Assembly (NCBI GenBank): GCA_964495085.1
Contig: CAZBUK010000002.1
Span: 12,112 to 76,111 of the forward strand
Reading direction: 5' to 3'
Length of the DNA stretch: 64,000 nucleotides
Source of the DNA: an uncultured Ignavibacteriales bacterium
GTDB taxonomy: Bacteria > Bacteroidota > Ignavibacteria > T3Sed10-11
Part shown: positions 1 to 9,292 of the stretch, in pieces
How the letters are laid out: each line of letters starts with the position of its first letter
Position numbering within the stretch: the first letter of the stretch is position 1
The notes under the pieces: generated by a model
What the model was told of the DNA's origin: nothing
Seen by the model: only the letters and a program-made list of their open reading frames with translations
Database searches by the model: none
Program-made: the position numbers and the translations under genes

Positions 1-1
1 C

Positions 2-1036
2 AAGAGCCGTCAATACGGATATCGCGGCATCCCCTCGACGGCCGATATACCGGCTCTGTGCGGAGAATGTCACAGCAACATCGAGTATATGCGGCAGTAT
101 AACCCCCGTCTTCCTACCGACCAGCTGCGTCTCTATCGAACGAGCTATCACGGTAAACTGCTGAGCGAGGGGGATCTGCATGTCGCAACGTGCGCAAGCT
201 GCCATGGCGCTCATGGCATTCGCCGTTCGGGGGATCCCAGGTCCCCCGTATTTCCGACAAATATCCCCGAACGGTGCGGATCCTGCCATGCCGATGCAAC
301 TTATATGGCTTCCTATCCGATTCCTACGAACCAGCTCGATGCATTCCGGAGGAGCGAACACGGCAGACGTATCTTCGAGGAAGGAGACATCACAGCCCCC
401 ACCTGCAATACATGTCATGGAAATCATGGAGCGGTACCGCCGAACGTTGCCGCGGTGCATCATGTCTGCGGACAGTGCCATGCACAGCATGACGAATATT
501 TCGTGATGAGCACTCACCATGAGATTTTTCAAATGATGGATATGCCGGGGTGCGTCACTTGCCACGGATATCACGAAATTCCCGCACCGAGCGAAAATAT
601 GCTGAGCAACGAACCGGGCTCGGTATGCATGACCTGCCACATGCCCGACGACCCTTGTTTTCAGTACGTAGATACGGTACGCGGCATGTTCGACGATCTG
701 AAATCAAGTCTGCAGCGAACGGAATCGCTGCTGAAAGAGGCGGAACAATTGGGAATGGGAGTTGCTCCAGCTCAATTCAGTCTGACGGAGGTCAGGGACC
801 ACCTCATCCGGGCGCGCATCAAAATCCACCAATTTGAATCGGGTCCGGTCGAGGAGGAGCTGACCGAAGCGATGACCATCGTCGAAACGGCGCATCAGGC
901 CGGCGTAGCCGCTCTCGACGAATGGCAGTTCAGACGGATCGGGTTGGGTATATCTCTCGTGTTCATCGTGATTCTGATCGTTGCCCTCGCGATGAAGATC
1001 AGGAGTATGGAACACTCGGCCGAGGATCCGCGATAA
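2..1036 (+). CDS. multihaem cytochrome c, 5'-truncated at window edge; C-terminal membrane anchor
   Basis: The reading frame of ORF 89..1036 stays open back to nt 2 with no stop, and that stretch adds a CGECH motif at nt 59-73. Six further CxxCH motifs follow (CASCH, CGSCH, CNTCH, CGQCH, CVTCH, CMTCH). There is a hydrophobic IGLGISLVFIVILIVALA segment near the C-terminus. Confidence 0.8.
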   Translation, partial: KSRQYGYRGIPSTADIPALCGECHSNIEYMRQYNPRLPTDQLRLYRTSYHGKLLSEGDLHVATCASCHGAHGIRRSGDPRSPVFPTNIPERCGSCHADATYMASYPIPTNQLDAFRRSEHGRRIFEEGDITAPTCNTCHGNHGAVPPNVAAVHHVCGQCHAQHDEYFVMSTHHEIFQMMDMPGCVTCHGYHEIPAPSENMLSNEPGSVCMTCHMPDDPCFQYVDTVRGMFDDLKSSLQRTESLLKEAEQLGMGVAPAQFSLTEVRDHLIRARIKIHQFESGPVEEELTEAMTIVETAHQAGVAALDEWQFRRIGLGISLVFIVILIVALAMKIRSMEHSAEDPR

Positions 1037-1164
1037 TTTCCCCTTACGGGAAAACCATTCTTTTTCCGTTCGCAACACAGCCGCGCGCCATCTCCGGATT
1101 ACTACCCGCATCATCAACCCTCTCACCAGAGTTCGGACCAGGATCTCTCCCGCGGCGGAGAGTG

Positions 1165-2364
1165 TCACCGCTGCGAACTCTCCCGTTTGGTCTCCCACCA
1201 CCCGTGAAGATACCTTCCGGAGTAAATCGTCAACCAGCAAAAGAAGACCCCTGCGATGATGTCGATAACGTAGTGGTACCAAAGATAGACCGTGGAAAAA
1301 ATAAGCAGACTTCCCACGATGAGAATGAACGTGCGAATGCGCATTCGATATAAAACCACCGCATACATGAGCACAAGCGTTAATTGGGTATGGCCGCTGG
1401 GAAATACATCGCGCTGCACATAATCCTCAGGGTTGGGAACTCCGTACGGGATGGATTCTCCAGCATCAAGCAAATATCGGATCGTATCGGTGAAATAGAT
1501 TCCCGGAAGCGTTTCATGCATCGTGTGATAATCGTGAATGGTAAAGCGCGGACCGATCGCAGGCACCGCAAAATATCCAAGGTACGACAGATAGAATCCG
1601 TAGGCGACCAGAAACATAAGATAATAGAACTCGCGCATTCTACCATTCCGGTACAGTTCGTAACCCGTCACCAGGAACAGAAAGTAATACGAGGCGTAGA
1701 CTATTTGAAGTATCTCCGTTAATACGGGATGCGCGAATTGAGCCATCCATTCCGTCGGATTCACTCCGAAGAGCCAGAGATCGATATCGATCAATATCCC
1801 GTCATAATCTACCCCTCTGATCGGAAATACCATAAAGTAGATCGCCTTGAATACCCAGACGATAACGGCCACTGTATACCAATCGCGCAGCCATCGCAGC
1901 GGAGATGACTTCGGTGCTGCAGAAAACCTACGCGCTATGAAAAAAATGAACAGGATAAGGAGGGTGTTTATCGGTACGATCCATCGCCATTCGGGAATCC
2001 GGTTCATACATACGAGACTGATAACTGAGATTAAGACGAGAAATGTAATATTGGCGAGATCGAACGATCTGAGATAGGGTATGCGGCGCATAAACAACCT
2101 TTTCCGAGGGATATGCCTGATTATCGCTTTAAATTCGGTAGGTTCGCACCGGAGGCTGCATGCAATGTGCGACCGAATGGAAACGGCGTACGATTGAATG
2201 ATTTCGCAGATGTCACGAATGTCCAGGGTGAGTAGAGGGACGATGAATTGTACAATATTACAAAAATAACGGGTTCTTTCCAATACTCGGTTACATAGGG
2301 TCTTCTCAGGCCGCCGTACATTCGTCCCAAATTTTTCTTCCACGTCCCTGAATCGGAACATCAC
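1165..2364 (-). CDS. PAP2-superfamily membrane phosphatase-like protein
   Basis: Multiple predicted TM helices. PAP2-type PSGHT and HYVID signature motifs are near the C-terminus. The first ~90 aa are non-hydrophobic. An alternative internal ATG at 2089-2091 (MRRIPYL...) could be the true start. Confidence 0.6.
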   Translation of the reverse strand: MMFRFRDVEEKFGTNVRRPEKTLCNRVLERTRYFCNIVQFIVPLLTLDIRDICEIIQSYAVSIRSHIACSLRCEPTEFKAIIRHIPRKRLFMRRIPYLRSFDLANITFLVLISVISLVCMNRIPEWRWIVPINTLLILFIFFIARRFSAAPKSSPLRWLRDWYTVAVIVWVFKAIYFMVFPIRGVDYDGILIDIDLWLFGVNPTEWMAQFAHPVLTEILQIVYASYYFLFLVTGYELYRNGRMREFYYLMFLVAYGFYLSYLGYFAVPAIGPRFTIHDYHTMHETLPGIYFTDTIRYLLDAGESIPYGVPNPEDYVQRDVFPSGHTQLTLVLMYAVVLYRMRIRTFILIVGSLLIFSTVYLWYHYVIDIIAGVFFCWLTIYSGRYLHGWWETKRESSQR

Positions 2365-2423
2365 TTATCTCGTCTGCGTCTAAGCCGGTAAACTGAACCG
2401 ACCTAAATGAGGAGGAACGCGTT

Positions 2424-3458
2424 ATGAAACATTCCGCTACCATGATGTATATCTGCCTGTTGCTGTTTGCCGGGAGCTTCGGTCTGCAGGCTATGCAGGA
2501 AGTCAAGCGAGAGAAGCACATAGTCGTCGCACACGGCGGCCACCCATGGCTCGGCGTATCCATACAGGATGTAACGGATGAACTCCTCTCCGCCGAGAAT
2601 CTCTCGGTACGGGAAGGAGCGTATGTAACGGAAGTGATCAAGGAGAGTCCCGCCGACTCCGCCGGCCTACGGGGGGGCGATGTCATTATCGAATTCAACA
2701 ACAGAAAAATTTACGACGCGGACGGATTGTTGACAGCTGTTCGAAAGGCAAAATCGGGAGAGCCGGTTAAACTCATTGCCGACCGGAAGGGGAGGAAAAT
2801 CGATATGCAGGTTACCTTGCGCGAACGGTCGCGGAGGACCGCGATGAGCATACCACGTCCGCCCACTCCGCCGAAACCGATGGCATGGAGCAGCCGATCG
2901 GGCAGAATAGGATTGAAGCTGATAAATCTCAATCCGCAGCTTGGAGAATACTTTCAGGTTCCCGAGGGGAAAGGCGTACTTATCGAAGAGGTTGTCGAAG
3001 AATCGCCGGCACAACGGGCGGGGTTTAAAGCCGGTGATGTCATCCTTTCGGTCGATACTACGGAAATCGCATCGGTACGGGAGCTTCGGAGGGCTCTTAG
3101 CGGATACGACAGCGGCGATCGGGCGAATGTTGTCGTGATGCGCAACCGTTCGAGAACGAGCCTGACGCTGGAATTCGAGGAGAAACCGTATTCCTACGAC
3201 GGCTGGCGGCATGGAACGGAGGATTTCGACGGCGACGTATTTATCTTTACTCCCGAAGACCGTGAGAGACTGCGTGGCGAGCTGAAAAACCTTCGGCCGC
3301 ATCTCGACGAGCTTCGTATCGAGCTCGACGGCCTGCGTGAACATTTCAAGGATTTTAAAATCGAATTCCCGGATAACTTTCTTCAAGAATTCAGATTCGA
3401 GGCGCCCGACGACATGCTCAAGGATATCCGGATTCACCGCGAGGTCATACGCATCTGA
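2424..3458 (+). CDS. secreted protein with two PDZ domains; no protease domain
   Basis: Signal-peptide-like N-terminus (MKHSATMMYICLLLFAGSFGLQA). Two PDZ-like blocks (…GLRGGDVIIEFNNRKI… and …AGFKAGDVILSVDTTEI…). Charged, helical C-terminal tail. Confidence 0.6.
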   Translation: MKHSATMMYICLLLFAGSFGLQAMQEVKREKHIVVAHGGHPWLGVSIQDVTDELLSAENLSVREGAYVTEVIKESPADSAGLRGGDVIIEFNNRKIYDADGLLTAVRKAKSGEPVKLIADRKGRKIDMQVTLRERSRRTAMSIPRPPTPPKPMAWSSRSGRIGLKLINLNPQLGEYFQVPEGKGVLIEEVVEESPAQRAGFKAGDVILSVDTTEIASVRELRRALSGYDSGDRANVVVMRNRSRTSLTLEFEEKPYSYDGWRHGTEDFDGDVFIFTPEDRERLRGELKNLRPHLDELRIELDGLREHFKDFKIEFPDNFLQEFRFEAPDDMLKDIRIHREVIRI

Positions 3459-3727
3459 GCGCTTGCGGTTTCAGACACAACTCCGGGTGACCGGCTGCTT
3501 TATCGGACTGAGGGGGTTGCCGCAGCCGGTCGTTCGGAGTATTGATACGGACGCCTGCTTTCCGCAGCGGCACCTGCCGGAATTATTCCGCTACCTCTCG
3601 TAACACATCAAATCCACTTATCCGTAACCCGCGACAGCTTCAGATTCCGGGTTCGGCGCCCGTCCAATCAAGGGATGGTTGATCTGATCGTATGAGGCGT
3701 CACACCACTCATTAATCCGGTCGACCG

Positions 3728-3756
3728 TTGCATTTGCCGAAAATGAATGATATTTT
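3728..3756 (+). promoter_or_regulatory. candidate sigma70-type promoter for lemA (TTGCAT-N17-TATTTT)
   Basis: TTGCAT at 3728-3733, a 17-nt spacer, and TATTTT at 3751-3756. A GGAG RBS lies 9 nt before the ATG at 3788. Confidence 0.3.
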
Positions 3757-3787
3757 AAATCATCTTTAAATCTCATGGAGCATACCG

Positions 3788-4351
3788 ATGGAATTAATCA
3801 TCATCATCGCCGTACTTGCCGTTTTCATCCTATGGATCGTATCGAAATATAACGGATTGATCCGTCTGCGGAACCAGACCGAGAACGGCTGGAAACAGAT
3901 TGATGTGCAGTTGAAACGCCGCCACGATCTGATACCGAATCTGGTCAACACGGTCAAGGGGCAGATGGAATTCGAGAAAGAGACGCTGGAAAGCGTGATC
4001 AAGGCCCGGAATGCCGCGCTGAATCCGACCGGTGTCGCAGATGCCGCCGCCAAAGAAAACATGCTGACCGGCGCGCTGTCCAAACTCTTTGCACTGGTCG
4101 AGAACTACCCGACGCTCCGGTCGAATGAGAACGTGAAGCAGCTGCAGGAAGAACTCACCAGCACCGAGAATAAAATCGCGTTTGCGCGGCAATTCTACAA
4201 CGACATTGCAACCAGGTTTAACACGATACAGCAGGTATTTCCGGGTAATATCGTCGCCTCGATGTTTAACTTCAAGACAGCGGAGCTGTTCGAGATAACT
4301 GTCCTCACCGAACGTGAGGTACCGAAGGTCGATCTGTCTCTCAGGAAATAA
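3788..4351 (+). CDS. lemA: LemA family protein
   Basis: An N-terminal TM helix (MELIIIIAVLAVFILWIV) is followed by the conserved LemA core (…QLKRRHDLIPNLV…NPT…ENYPTLRSNENV…). Confidence 0.85.
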   Translation: MELIIIIAVLAVFILWIVSKYNGLIRLRNQTENGWKQIDVQLKRRHDLIPNLVNTVKGQMEFEKETLESVIKARNAALNPTGVADAAAKENMLTGALSKLFALVENYPTLRSNENVKQLQEELTSTENKIAFARQFYNDIATRFNTIQQVFPGNIVASMFNFKTAELFEITVLTEREVPKVDLSLRK

Positions 4352-4396
4352 TGCATTCCGCACGTATCCGAAAAATGCCGGCGCCGGCCTGCCGGC

Positions 4397-5419
4397 ATGC
4401 ATCCGTCTTACTATATCTCTCGACCGATACAAATGGGATTTTACAGTAGAAAAAGAAATCTGTACGAACAGCAGCGCCATAACCGGAGAATGACTGTTGT
4501 CGTCATGATCGGTTTCATCGCCTTCCTGGGACTTCTCGGTTTCGGATTCGATATGATCATGATCGATTTTTTCCCCCTCGGCACGCTCGTCGCGCTTGCG
4601 CTCGGCGCCGGTACTGCCCTCTGGAGCTACAGCGGCGGTGCGCAGTCGGTGATCCGGTCGACGGGAGCCTACCCGGCGGATCCGAACAATCCTTCCCACC
4701 GGCAGTTCATCAACGTCGTCGAGGAAATGACGATCGCTTCGGGGCTGCCGAAGCCGAAGATGTTCATCATCCCCGACAAGGCGCCGAATGCCTTCGCGAC
4801 GGGGAAAAATCCGTCCGACGGATACGTCGCCGTTACTGAGGGATTGTTGCAGACACTCAATCGCGATGAACTCCAGGGGGTCGTTGCGCATGAATTCGCA
4901 CACATCAGAAACTACGACATTCGCCTTATGACCATCGTTGCCGCGCTCGTCGGGTCGATCGTGCTGCTCGCAGCAATGTCGCGGCGCGCGATGTGGTTCG
5001 GCGGGGGGCGGAGATCCGGAGGGAGTTCGGGCAGAGGTGGAGGAGGAAGCGGACCGGTCGCTATTGTTCTACTCGTTGTGTGGATCATCGGGATTATACT
5101 TGCTCCGATCGTTGCCAATGTCATGGCGATGATGGTTTCGCGGCGCCGCGAATATCTTGCGGATGCAACCGCAGCAGAGTTGACGCGCAATCCCCAGGGA
5201 CTCATCAGTGCACTTCACAAAATCAGCGGTTCGTTGGTCACTCCGACAGCGATCAACCGGAATACCGCCCATCTCTGTATTGCCGATCCGTTCAATCTCA
5301 AACGCGAGCAGCAGGTAGGATTCATCGCGAATCTGTTTGCGACACACCCTCCCGTCAAGAAAAGGATCGAAGCCCTGCGCGCGATCGGTTATATGTATGA
5401 GCAGGAGAAGAAAAAGTAG
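4397..5419 (+). CDS. M48-family zinc metalloprotease (HtpX-like)
   Basis: HEFAH zinc-binding motif with a downstream EYLAD third-ligand motif. Two N-terminal and two central TM helices, plus a Gly-rich linker. The start is uncertain, with alternative ATGs at 4433 and 4490. Confidence 0.8.
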   Translation: MHPSYYISRPIQMGFYSRKRNLYEQQRHNRRMTVVVMIGFIAFLGLLGFGFDMIMIDFFPLGTLVALALGAGTALWSYSGGAQSVIRSTGAYPADPNNPSHRQFINVVEEMTIASGLPKPKMFIIPDKAPNAFATGKNPSDGYVAVTEGLLQTLNRDELQGVVAHEFAHIRNYDIRLMTIVAALVGSIVLLAAMSRRAMWFGGGRRSGGSSGRGGGGSGPVAIVLLVVWIIGIILAPIVANVMAMMVSRRREYLADATAAELTRNPQGLISALHKISGSLVTPTAINRNTAHLCIADPFNLKREQQVGFIANLFATHPPVKKRIEALRAIGYMYEQEKKK

Positions 5420-5484
5420 TCGACACGCCGCTGTTTCAAAATATCCAAAAATAACGTCAATAACGGCATTTTAGCTATTTTGAG

Positions 5485-5523
5485 TGGATGATATTCATCC
5501 ATTAAGTGGTTGATTTTCATCCA
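5485..5523. promoter_or_regulatory. pair of 17-bp palindromes, TGGATGAtatTCATCCA and TGGTTGAtttTCATCCA, 22 bp centre-to-centre; operator-like
   Basis: Read directly from the sequence. Inverted half-sites TGGaTGA/TCATCCA occur twice, separated by TTAAG. The pair sits in the convergent gap between the htpX-like and mgtE 3' ends. Confidence 0.35.
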
Positions 5524-5779
5524 GCGAAGATAGGCGCGGCAGCGTGATAGGAATCAAAATCAAAGCTTCGGCGACTGATTCTCACGAAGACTTCAAAGGA
5601 CTTCGCTACGTCGCAGATTCGGTAGATGGGAAATTGGGGAATAGTACTGTATACGGGTGAGTCGGTTATTCCGTTCGGTGAAAAATTCCTCCCCCTTCCC
5701 GTACCCGTATTATGGTCGTGAGATTCGACTTTCTTAGTAGGCGTATACATTACGCAGCATAACCGCCGCCGAAGTGTAT

Positions 5780-7168
5780 TTACAGATACAGCGCGCTCAA
5801 GATTCCGAAATAGATCAGCAGACCGATTGCATCGTTGCTTGTCGTAATGAACGGACCGGTGGCGACCGCGGGATCGATGTGAAATCTGGTAAGGATAAAG
5901 GGGATGGCGGCTCCCACGACGGTTGCAGTAATTATGACGATAAGCAGGGAAAGTCCGAGCACTGCGCCGAATATCGCGTCGTGGATCCAGAACCAGCCGA
6001 CACCGAAAATGAGGAGCGCAAACACCAGACCGTTAATCATAGCCACGCCCGTTTCCTTGAGCACTCTCCGAAACAGCATTCCCTCCCAGATCTCCTCGGT
6101 GGCAAGACCGCGTATAACGACCGCAGACGATTGAATTCCGGCGTTTCCCGCCATCGCCATGATGATCGGAATGAAGAAAGCCGAAGCGATGATCTGTTCG
6201 ATAGATGCGTGGAACGTGCTCAGGATGGCGGCTGAAAACAATTGGCCGAGGAATGCAAGTGCGAGCCAGGGCATGCGGCGCTTTGAGATATCCCATACGC
6301 CATGGCTGACGAGCTCCATGCCGCTGATACCCGCGAATTTTTGTATATCCTCCTCCGCCTCCTCATGAATAACATCGACGATATCGTCGATCGTGACCTT
6401 TCCGAGCATCTCTCCCTTGCTGTTGACGACCGGAACGGATATGAGATCGTACTTTTTCATGATGTTCGCGACCTCTTCCTGGTCCATCAGCACGTCGACC
6501 GAGTGAAAGTCGGTTTCCATGACTTTGTGCACCCTGCGCCGGGGGTTGTGAATCACCAGATCCTTTATCGGGATGATGCCCTTCAGAATGTTCGAGTCGT
6601 CGACGACGTAGACGCTATAAAACTCGCCGATCTCTTTCGCGAGCTTGCGTACTTTGCGAATTGCCTGTTGAACCGTATCCTTCTCCCTGACCGAGACGAA
6701 TTCGGTCGCCATGATACCGCCGGCGCTGTCGGTGGGATAGCGGAGCAGCTCCTTGAGGGTTGCAGAATCCTCTTCATCGATATCGTCGAGCACCCGTTCG
6801 GCGACGTCGCTGGGAAGTTCGCCGACGACGTCCGCGGCATCGTCGGAGTCCATCTCATCTACAATGCTCCGCAAACGGAGATGGCTCAATCGTTCGAGCA
6901 GGTCTTCGCGTACCGATTCGTCGAGTTCAAGAAGGACTTCGCTCGCAAGCTCGCTGTCAAGAAGCTCGAAGATCGTCAGTCTGTAGTCCGGCTCGATATG
7001 ATCGATGATATCCGCTATATCGGGCGCATGTAGATCGGTCAGGATATTTGCTATCGTGGCGGTAGCCCGGTCGGATATCAGTTCCCTGATTTCCGCCAGC
7101 AATTCCTCGTCGATTTCCAGGGTCCGTTCTACTCCCTCGCCGCTCTGCGCCGTCGTGTGAACCTTCAC
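5780..7168 (-). CDS. mgtE: magnesium transporter MgtE
   Basis: MgtE N-domain, tandem CBS domains, and a C-terminal five-TM channel domain. Confidence 0.9.
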   Translation of the reverse strand: MKVHTTAQSGEGVERTLEIDEELLAEIRELISDRATATIANILTDLHAPDIADIIDHIEPDYRLTIFELLDSELASEVLLELDESVREDLLERLSHLRLRSIVDEMDSDDAADVVGELPSDVAERVLDDIDEEDSATLKELLRYPTDSAGGIMATEFVSVREKDTVQQAIRKVRKLAKEIGEFYSVYVVDDSNILKGIIPIKDLVIHNPRRRVHKVMETDFHSVDVLMDQEEVANIMKKYDLISVPVVNSKGEMLGKVTIDDIVDVIHEEAEEDIQKFAGISGMELVSHGVWDISKRRMPWLALAFLGQLFSAAILSTFHASIEQIIASAFFIPIIMAMAGNAGIQSSAVVIRGLATEEIWEGMLFRRVLKETGVAMINGLVFALLIFGVGWFWIHDAIFGAVLGLSLLIVIITATVVGAAIPFILTRFHIDPAVATGPFITTSNDAIGLLIYFGILSALYL

Positions 7169-7187
7169 TTCGGGATTTTCGGTATGG

Positions 7188-7994
7188 TTACGTTCCTGTG
7201 TAATGGATCACCTCGTTGAGTCCGTTGGATAGTGTTATGAACTCGGCGACCGACAACGATTCCGGACGGCGCCGAAGGTCGATACCGGCTACGGAATCCG
7301 GAATCCTGACATCCGGAAAGACCGATCGCAGGCTCGCTCTGAGCATCTTTCTCCGTTTTCCGAACGTTTCTTTCACGATCTTCCGATACAGAAGTTTATC
7401 TACGATCTCTCCCCCGTCCCGCCTGAGAACCGCCCGGACAGCCGCCGACTGAACCGACGGTTCCGGAAAAAAGACCGACGGCGGAATCCTGAACAGAATT
7501 TCGCAGCGCGTCCACGTTTGCATCAATACGGAAAGCACGCCGTAATCATCGTCCCCCGGCGCGGCTATGATACGCCGTGCAGCTTCGAGCTGGACAACGA
7601 AGAGCATGTCCCGAACCGAATCCATGCGATCGAGAATGTAGAGCAGGATCGGGGTCGTTATATAATACGGAAGGCTGCCGATTATCCGTAAGCGCCCGCC
7701 GTCCGCGATAAATGGCAGATCCGATTTTAAAAAATCCGCCTCGATCACCGAAACCTGCATTGCCGTACCGTAGGTGCGCCGGAGAAGTCCGGCTAAGCGC
7801 GAATCTTTCTCGACAAGGATAAGTCGTCCGCAGGCGCCCGCGAGGTGTGAAGTCAAAGCTCCCGTTCCCGGTCCGATCTCCAGCACGTGGTCGGTCGGGG
7901 CAGGATCGAAGATGCCGATGATCTTCAGGGCGATATTCCTGTCCCGCAGAAAATGTTGTCCGAGAGTTTTCTTCGGTTCAATTGCCGCTTGCAT
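7188..7994 (-). CDS. rsmA: 16S rRNA (adenine1518/1519-N6)-dimethyltransferase RsmA/KsgA
   Basis: Contains the motif HFLRDRNIALKII…LEIGPGTGALT. Typical length of 268 aa. Confidence 0.9.
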   Translation of the reverse strand: MQAAIEPKKTLGQHFLRDRNIALKIIGIFDPAPTDHVLEIGPGTGALTSHLAGACGRLILVEKDSRLAGLLRRTYGTAMQVSVIEADFLKSDLPFIADGGRLRIIGSLPYYITTPILLYILDRMDSVRDMLFVVQLEAARRIIAAPGDDDYGVLSVLMQTWTRCEILFRIPPSVFFPEPSVQSAAVRAVLRRDGGEIVDKLLYRKIVKETFGKRRKMLRASLRSVFPDVRIPDSVAGIDLRRRPESLSVAEFITLSNGLNEVIHYTGT

Positions 7995-8967
7995 AGATCA
8001 ATTCGGTCCGGATCTGCGCTTTCTCGTTCTCTCCGAAAAGCCATGATCGGATTTCCGGCGGGAGAAGTCCGATGGCTTCGGTCACGTGTTCACGCTCCGC
8101 TTCAAAGAAAATCCGTAAACGATCGATAGTCTGCTCAGTCTGCATGACTGCGGTGAATGGATACGACTCGCCGTCGAGGGTCAGAACCCCTCCCCGGAGG
8201 TAAACTGCTCCGTCGTCGAAATTTTTCTGTATTCTCCCGTACAGTGAGAACCGGCATCGGGTATCGTCTGTGCGACTCCTGACGGTTCCGCTGACCGAAC
8301 CGTGTACGAGCAAAAGATTCATCAAAGCGACCGCATCGATGCGCAGATCCTGGCTGTACTCGTCGATATGGAGAGAGAATCCGAGCGAATCGTTGTCGTA
8401 GATAAATTCGGATTCGCGCACGGAAAAACATTTAATCCGCAGATCGCTTTTATCTATCTGCAGGGTCATCATACTTCCATCGTCATCTGACGACCTGTCG
8501 CCCGTTCGCCATTCAAGCGATGTCGTTCCGCTCAGCCAGTCGCTCCCGATCTTTCCGGAGAACCCTTCGACAACGAGTGAATCGACCTCCGGTGATCCGG
8601 CAAATAAGGAGAATGTCCCTGCCTGTATGAATAGTCTGGCGATGGTGGCCTCGGGCTGCGGAGACATCCCGGCTTCCGCCGATCCGGCATTCAGAAACCG
8701 GACATTACTGAATTCCGCGCGTGTCTTAAAACCTATGTGAATCTCGGCTTGCTCGATGAGTACAATCCGGCCGCTGAGCGTCTCGAATACCGGTTTAAAA
8801 ATGAATATAACCCGGTCGGAGGTCAACGAGGCATTAAAATAGAATAAAACAAGCGATACAAATGTGATTGGGGCGGCAAGCAATATTCCCCAAAACAAGA
8901 ATTTTTTCAGTATCTGTTTCATCATAGCTTTCACGACTGTCCGGCCGGGTCCGGAATGGATATACAA
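7978..8967 (-). CDS. hypothetical membrane-anchored protein, AsmA-like beta-rich domain of unknown function
   Basis: ORF with an N-terminal TM segment (FLFWGILLAAPITFVSLVLFYF). It overlaps the rsmA start by 17 nt, so it is probably in an operon with rsmA and mgtE. A likely start is the internal ATG giving MKQILKK (~8926). Confidence 0.5.
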   Translation of the reverse strand: MYIHSGPGRTVVKAMMKQILKKFLFWGILLAAPITFVSLVLFYFNASLTSDRVIFIFKPVFETLSGRIVLIEQAEIHIGFKTRAEFSNVRFLNAGSAEAGMSPQPEATIARLFIQAGTFSLFAGSPEVDSLVVEGFSGKIGSDWLSGTTSLEWRTGDRSSDDDGSMMTLQIDKSDLRIKCFSVRESEFIYDNDSLGFSLHIDEYSQDLRIDAVALMNLLLVHGSVSGTVRSRTDDTRCRFSLYGRIQKNFDDGAVYLRGGVLTLDGESYPFTAVMQTEQTIDRLRIFFEAEREHVTEAIGLLPPEIRSWLFGENEKAQIRTELIYASGN

Positions 8968-9292
8968 AACGATTAAAACACGTCGGCATGCCGCCCTGGA
9001 TGACTCCCGATCTCCTTGTTAAAACCCGTCATATCCGGGAGAACAACGAGTCGGGCTTGCTCAACACTCCGGATATCCGGCGATCATCTTTGCCGCCGGA
9101 AGTTCGCGTTCATGCGAGACGTTCCGGGGAAGAATCCGGGCCGTGAGCCCCGGGGAATACCTTGCGTTCCGAAATTACATAAGTTATTAAGATATAAAGA
9201 ACATTAAACTTATACAACTTGATCTGATTGCATTTTACAGCCGAATATCGTACTTTTTCTTGTCTATTCCTTCTATATTCAATTGACTTTGT

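Noticed and set aside
3830-4903. Long antisense or alternate-frame ORFs (e.g. 3830-4903, 45287-46453, 47459-48382, 50808-51998, 52677-53909, 54868-56436, 23565-24674)
   Set aside because: They lie opposite or overlapping confidently identified conserved genes. They encode Arg/Pro/Gly-rich low-complexity sequences typical of stop-codon depletion in high-GC DNA.
5517-5750. 77-aa minus-strand ORF between htpX-like and mgtE
   Set aside because: No RBS, no conserved features, and it lies in a convergent 3' region. It is more likely non-coding.
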